Assembly (NCBI GenBank): GCA_001773775.1
Contig: MEXR01000032.1
Location: forward strand, 7,266-71,265
Origin: Candidatus Amesbacteria bacterium RIFOXYB1_FULL_44_23
GTDB lineage: Bacteria > Patescibacteriota > Microgenomatia > CAZETR01 > Amesbacteraceae
Length of the DNA: 64,000 nucleotides
Direction: 5' to 3'
Below are positions 34,058 through 43,862 of this stretch, piece after piece. Numbering within the stretch: the first letter of the stretch is position 1; every line of letters starts with the position of its first letter. A program made the translations under genes and the position numbers. Below the pieces are notes generated by a model. It was not told where the DNA came from, searched no databases, and saw only the letters and a program-made list of their open reading frames with translations.

Positions 34058-37000
34058 GTAACGTAATCGGCACCGTCTACTTTACCATCATTATTGAAAT
34101 CACCGACACTGGCTCCACCGGCAACTGCTTGTTCATAGTGATTTAGCCAAATGATGTAATCGAGTCCGTCAATTTTTAAATCACTGTTGGCATCACCAGG
34201 AATCGGAGTGGGGATGGCACTGGGCGTTTGGGTGGGGGACTGAGTTGAAGTGGGAACAGAAATAGTCGGCTGGAGAGTGGGTACGGGAGTAATAAGAGAG
34301 GTGCCGGGAGCGGAGATGGTTTTGGTCAGTCCCTGGATGTAGAAAAGATCGCCGGTTTTTAGCGCGGGGACATCTACGTACGGCTCTAATTGACTGCGGG
34401 TGGCATTAAGAACGTAGCGTTTGGCGTTTAGAAGACCGGTTCTGTCCTGCCAGGGCTGAACACTAACTTCTCCGGCTGCTTCCGGGGCGTTAACCATAAA
34501 CCAGTAGGGAGCCATACGTTCATAGGCTGTCACCTGATTGGTGACTTCCGGTAGGGCATGCTGGCTCATGAAAGAGCCGACTTCGGGGACCAGGTCGAGA
34601 AAATCAACCGTGAAGGTGTAAGCGCCGCCGGTAAGGGCGCCGCTTCTGAAGTAGAGCAGATCGTAGATCAGGCCGTAGGTCGAATATTGGGACCACTGAG
34701 TGCCGATTTGCTGGGTGTGGAAAGTAATTTCTCCCACATCGGGCCGGTATGCCTGGACCGTCCACAAGTGGCCACCATTTTCAAACCCGGTTTGGGAGAG
34801 GCTTTCGGGGTTTTTACTTAAGGCCAGGCGCATCAAAAGCAGTTTAGTGAAGACCTGTTTTTGGGTATCGGTGTTGGCTGCGGCCTGATTGCCTAATTTA
34901 ATATAGCCCAGATATCCGGCCAGGTAGTTATTAAGAGTGTAGGGAGTGCTAATTCTGAAGCGGTTCCCGGTAAAGGGATTTTGGAGCTTGTTGGAAACTG
35001 CGGAAAAGAGAGTTTGGGCATTGCCGAATTCCTGAGCATATTTGGCCAGGGTATATAAACTTTTGGGTGAGTAAGACCAGCCTTGAGTATCGATAGACCA
35101 GTTTACAGAGGTGTTTTGGTTTATAACCCGATTGGCCCGGTTGAACTCATATTCAAAATCCGGAAGAGGGAGATGGTCTTCCCGGCGGGTTCCACTGCCA
35201 AAGCCGGTGTGGACGATCGAAGTGATTGGATCGTGACTGTATTCACTCTGAATGTAAGTGCGAAGGGCCAATTGCTGATCTGACGGAAGTAGCGGTAGTG
35301 CATCAAGCAGAGTAAGAATTGTTTCTGAGGGGTTGTGGTAATACTGGAACAGCCATTCTCCGGCTGAGTTGTCTAAGTTATTGAGAATGCCGTAGTAAAT
35401 GCGGTAGGGGCGTAAATGTCCGGCAGTTTCCATAGCTGAAATCTCCCGGCTTAAGCGAGAAACCAGCGGATCTGAAGCTGAAGCTGCAGTGGATGAAGCC
35501 GGGGATTGGGTCCACAAAGAGGAAACTCCGGGAATGGTCACGCTAAGTTGACCGGTGTTGGCAACGGCAGCCCATCTGCCTAAAGGAAGAGGGTAATTAA
35601 GATCCAGGTGGTTTGCCAGGGGCTGGGAGTTGAAAGTGATTTGAGTGTTATTCCAGGCAGCCAGCGCGGTAGTGGGAGGAATAAAGGCGACATCTGAAGG
35701 AGTACTGCCACCGGCAAATCCGAATTTAGTAAAAGCGGAATAACTGTAAGTTTGGGTGGCACTAGCGGTGGTAAAGGAGGAGTTTTCGGTCCAGGAGGTG
35801 GGGAAAACTCTGGCCAGCTGATCGATTTGATCGGCTTTGGATACTTCAGCTGTGTTCGGCCCTGCTACCTGCCAGCGATCTAAGATTGAGTTCAGGCGAT
35901 CGTCGGCATAATAGGTGGGGCCTTTGCCGGGTAAGGGACTGCTTAAACCATTAAAAGGAGTAAGGCTGATGTGTCCGGTTGATGAGGCAAAGTTTAAGAT
36001 GATTCCGGTTGAACGGACGCTGATTGAGGAAGGACGATTTTCCAAGGAAACGACAACCGGAAACCAGCGATGGTTGTCGGAAGTGTCCCAGACTATAAAC
36101 CAGCCGTCGGTCAGGCTGCTGCCGGCAACGTCGCCTGCGCCGATAACCCGGGTGATTCCGGATGCGGATGGATAGGCAATTCCGGCAACCGGCCCGGAGA
36201 GTTTGAGATATGAGCCGGTGTTATGTAATAGCAGGGTAGGAGTAACAGGCGAGGTGCGGATAGTCAGAGTGCCGTTGTCATAAGTAGAAGTGAGGGTAGG
36301 AGCAAATGTCGAAGCTGTGACTGTGGTTTGGGTGGGCATAAGTGAGGGGTGGGCAATAACAGAAAATGGATTAAACACATACATGGGATACGAATTCAAA
36401 GCGGCGTTTGGCCTAAGGTCTAAATACGATTCCTGTTGGTGCCATGTAGGCCAGATGTTGGTATTGGAGGTGACATTGGAAAAGATTCCGGTAATTTTTA
36501 GAGGACCTTCGGTGGCTGTTACCTGGACGCCGGTATTTTTGTTTCGAATTGAAGCAATGGCGGCGGTTTGATTCCAAAGGTATTGTTTGGCAGTTCCCTG
36601 GGAACTGAATTCAACCAGGGCGTTATTGGTGATGGAGTAGACCTTCCCGCGAAAAGGAATCATGGGCGCCTGATCACCGGATTTCCAATAGCCATATGGC
36701 CAACCCCGGCGGAACAATTCGGGAACGAGGTAACTTAAGAAGCTGTCGCCGCCCTGATCCCAATAATTGCTGGACTGGGTAGGGCTGGATGAATAACGAA
36801 AGACTCTGGCTGCCCGTTCGGCCATCAGTTTATGGTGAATAAAGTTGGGGCCGGCCGCATAGGCTGAGGGTTCGTCGATGGCCCAGTTACCTTCAGGTAA
36901 ACTGAAATATCTACTGCCGGGAACCCAACCTACCAGTCCCCCCCGGCCGATGGCACTATTGGTGATGTAGTTGTTGCGGGCGTAAAGTACGTTATCAGAT

Positions 37001-38229
37001 CCGATAAGCGGAGGATAAGCGGTGCCGGCTTTTCCGCCAACATAAGCAAATGGCATATGGTCGTCAACCTGGCCATTGCCTTCCAAATCGGCTAGATATT
37101 CATTTCCGTTGGCAGCGTAGACCATGAAATAAGTCCGGCGGTAAGCACGATTGGCAGATTCAGTGACCCGGGTGGCCGGATCGCAGGTGGTGGTGTTTTC
37201 CGAGAGAATATAAGTTTCGTTTTGGTTGTCTAAATAGGTGATGTGTTTAGCAGCGCTAAGCATGGAAAATCCGTGCATCCAGGGCTGATTTCCGGCTTCA
37301 ATGGGCACAATGGGCAGAAAGGAGGTAAAGGAGTTACGGTCGCATGTGCTGCCCTGCGAATACAAATCGGTTGATTCCAGGTGGGTTTGAGTGATGTCAA
37401 ACAAACGAACGAAGATGACATATTTGGTGCCGTTGTACGAATAAACGACCGGCCAGTAGGACTGAAACATGGGACCGGGAAATTTGTCTTTTTGCGGGGT
37501 GGATGGGTCGGCGTCTGATTTCCAAATGATGGCTCCGGTGTCGGCACTGATGGCATAAGCATGCATGTCGTTACTGGCGACATACAGAACTCCGGCATCG
37601 TAGGCAGGGGATTGGTAAATGGTTCCACCGGTTTGCTGACGCCACTTAAGCGATCCGGTATTGAGATCAAAGGCATAAACTGATCCATCTCTGTTGGCGG
37701 CATAAACGGTATTGTTTATGACAATCGGATTGCTTTGAAACCCGGCTTCAGCTTCTGGACTGCGCCATAGAAGCTGATACGAATTACCATTATCCTTGAT
37801 GGCGTGAATCCGCTTGTCCATTCCGGGAAGGTAAGCTACCCCGGCTACGACGGTAGGGGAGTTTCCTGAAGGAAGCGAAGTAGGATAATGCCATTTCAGT
37901 CCGGAGGTAGCTTGTCTTGATGGAGTGTCGAATCGGACGGCCGAAGGGTCAACGGCATACAATCCATCGGAAGCGGCCACATAAATAGTGTCACGACCCT
38001 GGGAATCTTTTGTAGCTATGGGGTGAATACGTTGGGAAACATAAGAACCGATGGGCAAAAACCAGTCGGGAGTTAATGTACCGGGAACATCTTCTGAAAC
38101 TGTACTGGTGCGGTTATAGTTGCCGGCTACGGTAAACCAGTCAGTGGAGGGAGGCAGGGTTTGGGCGCGAGCAAGCTGAGGGGAACCGAGTAAACATACT
38201 AAAAGTATTAATAGATTGACGACTGTCAT
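34033..38229 (-). CDS. Giant secreted protein (1398 aa): signal peptide, PQQ-like beta-propeller repeats, C-terminal tandem dockerin-type Ca-binding repeats
   Basis: Signal peptide MTVVNLLILLVCLLGSPQLARAQT. Repeated ...DG.VYA.D..TG...W motifs (YAVDPSA, VYAFDLNTGSLKWRQ, YAISADTGAIIWK). C-terminus GDANSDLKIDGLDYIIWLNHY ... GDFNNDGKVDGADYVTWLNHY (dockerin-like DxNxDGxxD). Confidence 0.7.
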   Translation of the reverse strand: MTVVNLLILLVCLLGSPQLARAQTLPPSTDWFTVAGNYNRTSTVSEDVPGTLTPDWFLPIGSYVSQRIHPIATKDSQGRDTIYVAASDGLYAVDPSAVRFDTPSRQATSGLKWHYPTSLPSGNSPTVVAGVAYLPGMDKRIHAIKDNGNSYQLLWRSPEAEAGFQSNPIVINNTVYAANRDGSVYAFDLNTGSLKWRQQTGGTIYQSPAYDAGVLYVASNDMHAYAISADTGAIIWKSDADPSTPQKDKFPGPMFQSYWPVVYSYNGTKYVIFVRLFDITQTHLESTDLYSQGSTCDRNSFTSFLPIVPIEAGNQPWMHGFSMLSAAKHITYLDNQNETYILSENTTTCDPATRVTESANRAYRRTYFMVYAANGNEYLADLEGNGQVDDHMPFAYVGGKAGTAYPPLIGSDNVLYARNNYITNSAIGRGGLVGWVPGSRYFSLPEGNWAIDEPSAYAAGPNFIHHKLMAERAARVFRYSSSPTQSSNYWDQGGDSFLSYLVPELFRRGWPYGYWKSGDQAPMIPFRGKVYSITNNALVEFSSQGTAKQYLWNQTAAIASIRNKNTGVQVTATEGPLKITGIFSNVTSNTNIWPTWHQQESYLDLRPNAALNSYPMYVFNPFSVIAHPSLMPTQTTVTASTFAPTLTSTYDNGTLTIRTSPVTPTLLLHNTGSYLKLSGPVAGIAYPSASGITRVIGAGDVAGSSLTDGWFIVWDTSDNHRWFPVVVSLENRPSSISVRSTGIILNFASSTGHISLTPFNGLSSPLPGKGPTYYADDRLNSILDRWQVAGPNTAEVSKADQIDQLARVFPTSWTENSSFTTASATQTYSYSAFTKFGFAGGSTPSDVAFIPPTTALAAWNNTQITFNSQPLANHLDLNYPLPLGRWAAVANTGQLSVTIPGVSSLWTQSPASSTAASASDPLVSRLSREISAMETAGHLRPYRIYYGILNNLDNSAGEWLFQYYHNPSETILTLLDALPLLPSDQQLALRTYIQSEYSHDPITSIVHTGFGSGTRREDHLPLPDFEYEFNRANRVINQNTSVNWSIDTQGWSYSPKSLYTLAKYAQEFGNAQTLFSAVSNKLQNPFTGNRFRISTPYTLNNYLAGYLGYIKLGNQAAANTDTQKQVFTKLLLMRLALSKNPESLSQTGFENGGHLWTVQAYRPDVGEITFHTQQIGTQWSQYSTYGLIYDLLYFRSGALTGGAYTFTVDFLDLVPEVGSFMSQHALPEVTNQVTAYERMAPYWFMVNAPEAAGEVSVQPWQDRTGLLNAKRYVLNATRSQLEPYVDVPALKTGDLFYIQGLTKTISAPGTSLITPVPTLQPTISVPTSTQSPTQTPSAIPTPIPGDANSDLKIDGLDYIIWLNHYEQAVAGGASVGDFNNDGKVDGADYVTWLNHYQP

Positions 38230-38346
38230 AACTGATATTTAACTATAGCTAATCATAATAGTATATTTGCGAACGGATGTGAACAGGTATTTGGATTGCA
38301 GTGATTTGCTGATTGCAAGGATTAGGGGGTATGCTAAAATTTGCGC

Positions 38347-38547
38347 ATGGCTTACGTGTGTGATAATTGTGGAAAAGGCGTGCAATATGGAGAGTCGCAT
38401 ACTCATGGACGGGGTGTGGCAGGAGGCAGGTGGAAGAAAAGAGCACCCAGAACCAGAAAAGTGTTTAAACCTAATTTGCACAAATGGGAAGGATTGAGAT
38501 TGTGTACCAAGTGTCTAAGAAAACTTAAGGGGAGTAAGGGAAAGTAA
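38347..38547 (+). CDS. rpmB: 50S ribosomal protein L28 (Zn-ribbon type)
   Basis: MAYVCDNCGKGVQYGESHTHGRGVAGGRWKKRAPRTRKVFKPNLH matches L28 (RVCQVTGKRP..GNNRSHA.N.TKRRF.PNLH). Confidence 0.75.
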   Translation: MAYVCDNCGKGVQYGESHTHGRGVAGGRWKKRAPRTRKVFKPNLHKWEGLRLCTKCLRKLKGSKGK

Positions 38548-39315
38548 TTTGAGACGTTTGCCTTCAGGATTTATAGTCCACAAGCCAGGCCATGGCCAAT
38601 AGGCTCTGAATTTGGAATCAAGAAGGGGAGATTTTGCGGCCAGCTGGGATTTCAATTCAGGATACGGGACAAAGCCGTCCTGGCGGGTAAGCTTTCTGGT
38701 GTAGGTAGATTGGGAATCGTCCTGGGCAACAGGGTGAATGGACTTTGGAAGTGAGTTGTTTTGAAGCAAATCAAGAAACAAATCGGTACCTTTTTCAAAT
38801 AATCTCTTTCCCAATATTGGGGGAGTGTCGGTGTCTAAAATGACGTCTTTTTTTTGGGCGACAACCGGTCCGTGATCCATCTGAGCATCCAGTTGAATAA
38901 CGGTTACACCGGTATCTTTTTCTCCATCAAGTATTTGCTGTTGCAGGGGTGAAGGACCCCTATATTTAGGAAGCATTGATGGGTGAATATTGTATATTTG
39001 ATTATTAAATATACTCAGTATGTTTTGCGGAATAATCTGGCCGAATGCCGCCACCAGACCCAGTGTTTGGTTGTGGGAATCAATAAAATTTTCAGGTAGT
39101 TTTTTAAGCGATTCTATAACATGGATTTGATACTTTTGGGCCAGTACTTTTACGGGATTGGGGGTAAGTTTTAGATGGCGACCTACCGGTTTGTCAGGCG
39201 AGGTGACTACGTAACGCAGCTGAATGTCGTTGGAGGTGAGTTGGTGGTGGATTAATTTGTCTAAAACCGGAAGGGAGTACTCAGAGGAGCCAAAAAAAAT
39301 GAGATTTATGCTCAT
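38515..39315 (-). CDS. fmt: Methionyl-tRNA formyltransferase
   Basis: N-terminal IFFGSSEYSLPVL and HPSMLPKYRGPSPLQQQIL (the HPS/SLLP...RG formyltransferase motif); downstream of def. Confidence 0.8.
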   Translation of the reverse strand: MSINLIFFGSSEYSLPVLDKLIHHQLTSNDIQLRYVVTSPDKPVGRHLKLTPNPVKVLAQKYQIHVIESLKKLPENFIDSHNQTLGLVAAFGQIIPQNILSIFNNQIYNIHPSMLPKYRGPSPLQQQILDGEKDTGVTVIQLDAQMDHGPVVAQKKDVILDTDTPPILGKRLFEKGTDLFLDLLQNNSLPKSIHPVAQDDSQSTYTRKLTRQDGFVPYPELKSQLAAKSPLLDSKFRAYWPWPGLWTINPEGKRLKLLSLTPLKFS

Positions 39316-39334
39316 GATTTGATTCTATACTAAT

Positions 39335-39598
39335 TTGGTTGATTTGAAATATATTCTGTCTATAATGTGCAGTATGTCTAACTCAGAAGCTAGAGAACAG
39401 AGGGGTGACGATAAGCAGCCTCCTCAGGAGCCTTCTGACATGCAAAAGCTTTATGATGCAGCGGTGGAAGGTAATAATGCAATGGCTGATGGCGATAGAA
39501 AAAAAGCCAGGTTAGCTCTTCATCGGGTAACATGGTTGACAGAAAAAATGAAAGATGTTGACAGAAATACTGAGAGCAAGCAAGAAGAAGTAACCTAG
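39335..39598 (+). CDS. Small acidic hypothetical protein (uncertain)
   Basis: 87-aa ORF filling the gap between def and fmt on the opposite strand. Confidence 0.2.
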   Translation: MVDLKYILSIMCSMSNSEAREQRGDDKQPPQEPSDMQKLYDAAVEGNNAMADGDRKKARLALHRVTWLTEKMKDVDRNTESKQEEVT

Positions 39599-40140
39599 AT
39601 CGTCACTTCTTCGTAAACTTCACCCTTGATCAGATACAATTTTGAATGTTGAGTGAGAACGTGGTCGACAAAAAGAATTCCGTTTAAGTGATCGGTTTCG
39701 TGTTGGATGATGTGAGCTAAAAACCCGGTGAACACACCTGTTTTTTCAACTAATTGAGGCTCGGGCTGGGTCATATCGATGTCTTGGTATTTGACGGTAA
39801 CTGATTGGGATCTTTTAATGGGGGAATAGTGGTTGGGGATTGAGAGGCAGCCTTCATAGACGCCGTTTTTGGCGTTCGGCTGTTGCAGGCGCTGGCTGTA
39901 TTGAGTGATTTCGGGATTGATAAACAAAAGCGGTGGTTTTTTGAGGTCGGGTCTGGCTAAGAATAACTTAAGCGGTTCTCCTACCTGAGGAGCTGCCAGG
40001 CCTACTCCTTCAGGATCTTTGGCAGACAGCAAAGTTTGGGTCATATCCTCAATCAGATCCAGAAGTTTTTTGTCGACTCTTTCTACCGGTTTGGTTATCT
40101 GACGCAGGACAGGATGGGGAACGCAAACTATTCTGGCCAT
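39595..40140 (-). CDS. def: Peptide deformylase
   Basis: Three PDF motifs: GVGLAAPQVG, EGCLSIP, HETDHLNG. Confidence 0.9.
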   Translation of the reverse strand: MARIVCVPHPVLRQITKPVERVDKKLLDLIEDMTQTLLSAKDPEGVGLAAPQVGEPLKLFLARPDLKKPPLLFINPEITQYSQRLQQPNAKNGVYEGCLSIPNHYSPIKRSQSVTVKYQDIDMTQPEPQLVEKTGVFTGFLAHIIQHETDHLNGILFVDHVLTQHSKLYLIKGEVYEEVTI

Positions 40141-42140
40141 GAGTCGATTTTAGCAGACTGGGAGGCAATTTCTTCAAGTTGTAGTTTGGGGTCGGCAAAA
40201 TCAGGCTTAAGTTTTAATGAGTTTTCGAACTCCGCTTTGGCTTTGGGGAACTGCTCTTGGTACTTGTAGATCACGCCCAGATTGTAGGGAATCCGGGGAT
40301 CGGTGGGAGAAATTTCGGAAGCCGTAAGTAAATACTTAGCGGCAGAATCTAACATCTCCGGGTTGACTGTAGAGAGAATGATGGCGGCTTTTGAAGCTGA
40401 TTTGTAGTAGTTGGGGTGGTGGGGATTGGCAGAAATGGATTTATTGATGAGAAACTCAGTGATTTTTTTCAGTCCGGCCGAGGTGGAGGCATCCGAATCC
40501 GAAGTAAGAACTGACATATATGCGGTGGCCAGGGCCAGTTCTGAGGAGATGGCCGGCTCGCTAGAGTTGAGTTCGTAGGCCTGATTGAGTTTTTGGTAGG
40601 CAGAAACAATGTAGGAAACTTCCTGGGTCAGAGCAAAAGCGCGCAGATCGGTTTGACCGCCGGAGTATTTGGTGTCGGCTAACCAGTAACGGGCAAGCAT
40701 TAATTGAACGTATCCGGCCGCACAAAGGGCAATTAAAAACAGAAATACATTTCTGAAACTGTTTTCGGAAGGAGGCAGAGGGACTGGGGGGTCACGTTGA
40801 AAAGAGAGACTAATTGCAGGGAGTAAAAACATGAGTATTTGTACCGGAACTACTGAAAAGCCCCAAAAGTTTGTAAAGGGGATGGTTAACCAGCCAGCCA
40901 AAAGGGCGAGACTTAGATTTGAGTAGGTCGGGTCTATTTTTTTAGCATGGTCGGATTTTGAGGCCAGTGGGGCTGGGGGAGGAATCAAGACCGACCTAAT
41001 CAGTACGTACCCCATGACTACCAGCAAAACCAGGTATGACCCCAGGCCGAGAATGCCGGTGGTAGTTAAGTAGTTTAAGAATTCATTGTGGGCTTTGTTG
41101 TATAAAAGTTCCCATTCGGAAGTCGCGTTGTGTTCCGGGGGACGATTTTGATAGTAGGCCATGGTAAAGGTTTCCGGACCGGTGCCTATCAGGATAGTTT
41201 GATTTGATGACAGCCAGGCTCTGACAGCTCCGGTCCAGACTATTTTTCTGATGGCTTCGGAGTTAGTGCCGCCTGATTCCAAAACCGTGCCGGTGGGAGT
41301 TTTTACGGGTGGGGAGGTGTTAGTGGGCGGAAAAAGATAGTCGCGAAAAGGGTTTGAGATAAGAAGCGGGAAAACAATCACCGAAAGCCAGGCGATAACG
41401 GCCAGGTAATTTTTTACGGTTTTAATACCGGACTGTTTAATAGTTAAACCCCAGAAGACCAGCCACGAGAGGCCAAAAGCCAACATGCCGGACCGGCTTT
41501 TAGTGTAGATGAGACAGACAAAAAGAAGTGCAAAAAGAAACAAATGAAAATAACCACCCTTTTTTGAAGTCAGCCAGGAGAGGGGAATAAAGACCAAAGC
41601 AATTAGATATGAAGCCAGCCAATTGGGCTGGCCGAGAGTACTAAAGACCCGGTTTTGAACGTCCTGAACCCAGATATGGGCGTCGATCCCCATGTGCTGG
41701 GCTGCGCCGTAAAGCGAGACCAGGAAAGCTGCTAATAAAGCGAATTTTAGATTTGTCAGAGTTGATTTACGGTCCATGTAGGTGACAAAGCTCCAATACA
41801 AAAGGCTGTAGCTGACCAAAGAAAGAAGACCGCCGTTGAAGCGGGAATAATACCCTAAAAGAGAGATTTGCTGATTGATGGAAAAAAAGAAACTCAGTAG
41901 TTGACTGGCCAGAAACAGCAGGATGGGCCAGTCTAAAAGAGAACGGCGAAAAATAATTTTACGCTGAAAAATCATATCCGAGACCCAGGCAAAGACGATT
42001 ACGGAAGTGAGGCTGTAGGTGGCGACGATTTTGTTAAATTCAAAAAGCTCGGAGTTGTTAGGAAGAAAAATGAGGGGAACCAGGACTAACAGTAAGTGGA
42101 AACAAATGCGGATGACTTTCGCCGGCCAGGACATAGACAT
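40128..42140 (-). CDS. O-antigen ligase (Wzy_C)-like polytopic membrane protein fused to C-terminal TPR repeats
   Basis: About 12 TM helices with the ligase-loop motif YTKSRSGMLAF, then a TPR-like helical region (YAIYKYQEQFPKAKAEFENSLKLKPDFADP). Confidence 0.55.
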   Translation of the reverse strand: MSMSWPAKVIRICFHLLLVLVPLIFLPNNSELFEFNKIVATYSLTSVIVFAWVSDMIFQRKIIFRRSLLDWPILLFLASQLLSFFFSINQQISLLGYYSRFNGGLLSLVSYSLLYWSFVTYMDRKSTLTNLKFALLAAFLVSLYGAAQHMGIDAHIWVQDVQNRVFSTLGQPNWLASYLIALVFIPLSWLTSKKGGYFHLFLFALLFVCLIYTKSRSGMLAFGLSWLVFWGLTIKQSGIKTVKNYLAVIAWLSVIVFPLLISNPFRDYLFPPTNTSPPVKTPTGTVLESGGTNSEAIRKIVWTGAVRAWLSSNQTILIGTGPETFTMAYYQNRPPEHNATSEWELLYNKAHNEFLNYLTTTGILGLGSYLVLLVVMGYVLIRSVLIPPPAPLASKSDHAKKIDPTYSNLSLALLAGWLTIPFTNFWGFSVVPVQILMFLLPAISLSFQRDPPVPLPPSENSFRNVFLFLIALCAAGYVQLMLARYWLADTKYSGGQTDLRAFALTQEVSYIVSAYQKLNQAYELNSSEPAISSELALATAYMSVLTSDSDASTSAGLKKITEFLINKSISANPHHPNYYKSASKAAIILSTVNPEMLDSAAKYLLTASEISPTDPRIPYNLGVIYKYQEQFPKAKAEFENSLKLKPDFADPKLQLEEIASQSAKIDSWPE

Positions 42141-42182
42141 GATTCTACATTAAAAATTGGATTGGGGTAAAATTGTGAATGC

Positions 42183-43166
42183 ATGGAAAAAACAGTTACC
42201 CGGCGAATGATTTTATCGGTGGCAGAAACTGTGGGGATGACTTCAAAAAAGGTTTTGGAAGTATTATTTCTTTTAAGACACGGACAAGCGGTTGAAAATA
42301 ATGAATTGGTTAAACGGACAGGAGTGTCGCGAAACGTGCTTAATTTGTTAAAAAAAGAGTGGTCTGAACTGTTACTTCCGGGTACCGACAAAACCCAGAT
42401 GAAGCCAGAAGTGGTAGGGGAGTTGGATTTACTGTTCGGAGAAGGTTGGCAGCCTGATGATAGCCTGTGGAGGGTATTAGACGGAGAGCTGGGAAGAAGA
42501 ATGATGAATCTTTTAGACAAATATGCTCATTTAAGACCGGAGCCAAACAGGGCGTACGATCAGTTTTATGCCACAAAAGAAACGGTGGCCAAAAGAGCTG
42601 AGCTATTAAATTTTATGGATGACGTGGCCGGCAAAAGATTGTTGTTTTTAGGAGATGATGATTGGGGATCGGTGGGGGTTGGGTTACAAAAGCAGGCAGA
42701 AAAAGTAGTGGCTTTGGACGTAGACAAACGGATGCTGGGAAGTATCAGACAGCTGGCTGAACTGGAGAAGTTGGAGATTGAAACCGAAATGTACGATGCC
42801 AGAGACCCGCTTTTCAACAAGTGGGCCGGGAAGTTTGATGTGGTGTTTACGGATCCGCCATACACCCCACAGGGAGTGGAGTTATTCCTGTCCAGAGCCG
42901 TGTCTGGTTTGGACCTGTCCAAACAGACAGCAAGAATATACTTGTGCTTTGGTAACAGTGATCGGGCCAAAGAACGGTTTTTGCCAATTTACGAACTATT
43001 TGTGAAGTCGGGGTTGATGATTCGGTGGGTGTGGGATAAATTTAACAGATATCAGGGGGCGGAATCGATCGGGAGCGCCAGCAGCTTGTTTATATTAGAA
43101 ACTACATCTAAAACAAAACCGTTAATTTCAGGTAAAAACCATGGAGCAATCTACACCAATAATTAA
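42183..43166 (+). CDS. BpsA-like branched-chain polyamine aminopropyltransferase (DUF43 family), tentative
   Basis: GDDD motif (LLFLGDDDWGSVG) and DPPY (VVFTDPPYTP) in a Rossmann-like C-terminal domain. It sits immediately upstream of, and overlapping, the SAM decarboxylase gene. Confidence 0.5.
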   Translation: MEKTVTRRMILSVAETVGMTSKKVLEVLFLLRHGQAVENNELVKRTGVSRNVLNLLKKEWSELLLPGTDKTQMKPEVVGELDLLFGEGWQPDDSLWRVLDGELGRRMMNLLDKYAHLRPEPNRAYDQFYATKETVAKRAELLNFMDDVAGKRLLFLGDDDWGSVGVGLQKQAEKVVALDVDKRMLGSIRQLAELEKLEIETEMYDARDPLFNKWAGKFDVVFTDPPYTPQGVELFLSRAVSGLDLSKQTARIYLCFGNSDRAKERFLPIYELFVKSGLMIRWVWDKFNRYQGAESIGSASSLFILETTSKTKPLISGKNHGAIYTNN

Positions 43167-43482
43167 TCATTTTGTGGCCTTAATTCGATTAGCAGGAGTG
43201 GACGATTGGGGAAACCTAGCCAGTAATTTGGCCGAGAGCCTAATCCAAAAGCTGAACTTAACGGTGATTAAATCTGACAGTCACAACTTTTCTCCCCACG
43301 GAGAAACAAGAGTGTATTTATTGTCACAGTCGCATCTGGCAATTCATACCTGGCCGGAAGACGGGGTGATGCATGTGGACCTAGTCACCTGCAGCGAAGC
43401 CAATTTAGGTCAGTTTGAGGAGGGGGTACGACCGGACTTCCTCAGGGAGAAAATAATTGATTTGCAGGCGAGAAAAGTATAG
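43141..43482 (+). CDS. speH: S-adenosylmethionine decarboxylase proenzyme (class 1a, SpeH-type)
   Basis: Self-cleavage/pyruvoyl motif region LSQSHLAIHTWPE (ESH.S.HTWPE consensus); size 113 aa. Confidence 0.8.
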   Translation: MEQSTPIINHFVALIRLAGVDDWGNLASNLAESLIQKLNLTVIKSDSHNFSPHGETRVYLLSQSHLAIHTWPEDGVMHVDLVTCSEANLGQFEEGVRPDFLREKIIDLQARKV

Positions 43483-43517
43483 AAGAGAAGATCGAAAAAG
43501 ACGGAGCGATATGGGAA

Positions 43518-43862
43518 ATGGTAAAATGGGTGATGACAGAAAAAGGCAGCTGGCATAAATTTAGAAGGACAAGTCCCAGTTGGAGAGAAGTTGATGATAC
43601 AGAGAGTAGGGCCATTCAGGAAGCGTTAAGGATAGCGGATGAGGTCGTCAGATTGAGAGACGCAGCTATTTCGAAGGTGGATCCGCAAGTGGGGGAGATG
43701 CAAAAGTTGGTTAAGCAAAAAGCAAGGAGGGGGGAACTGGATATGGGCTTGGTGTTAAAAATTGCCGAAAGAATGGCTGACTTAGAGCAATCGGGTAAGA
43801 TACCCAGCACAGAGGCTTTAGAGAATCAGGCGAGAACAAAATTGGGTCTTTTAAAGCATTAG
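43518..43862 (+). CDS. Hypothetical helical protein
   Basis: 114-aa ORF; no motif. Confidence 0.3.
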   Translation: MVKWVMTEKGSWHKFRRTSPSWREVDDTESRAIQEALRIADEVVRLRDAAISKVDPQVGEMQKLVKQKARRGELDMGLVLKIAERMADLEQSGKIPSTEALENQARTKLGLLKH

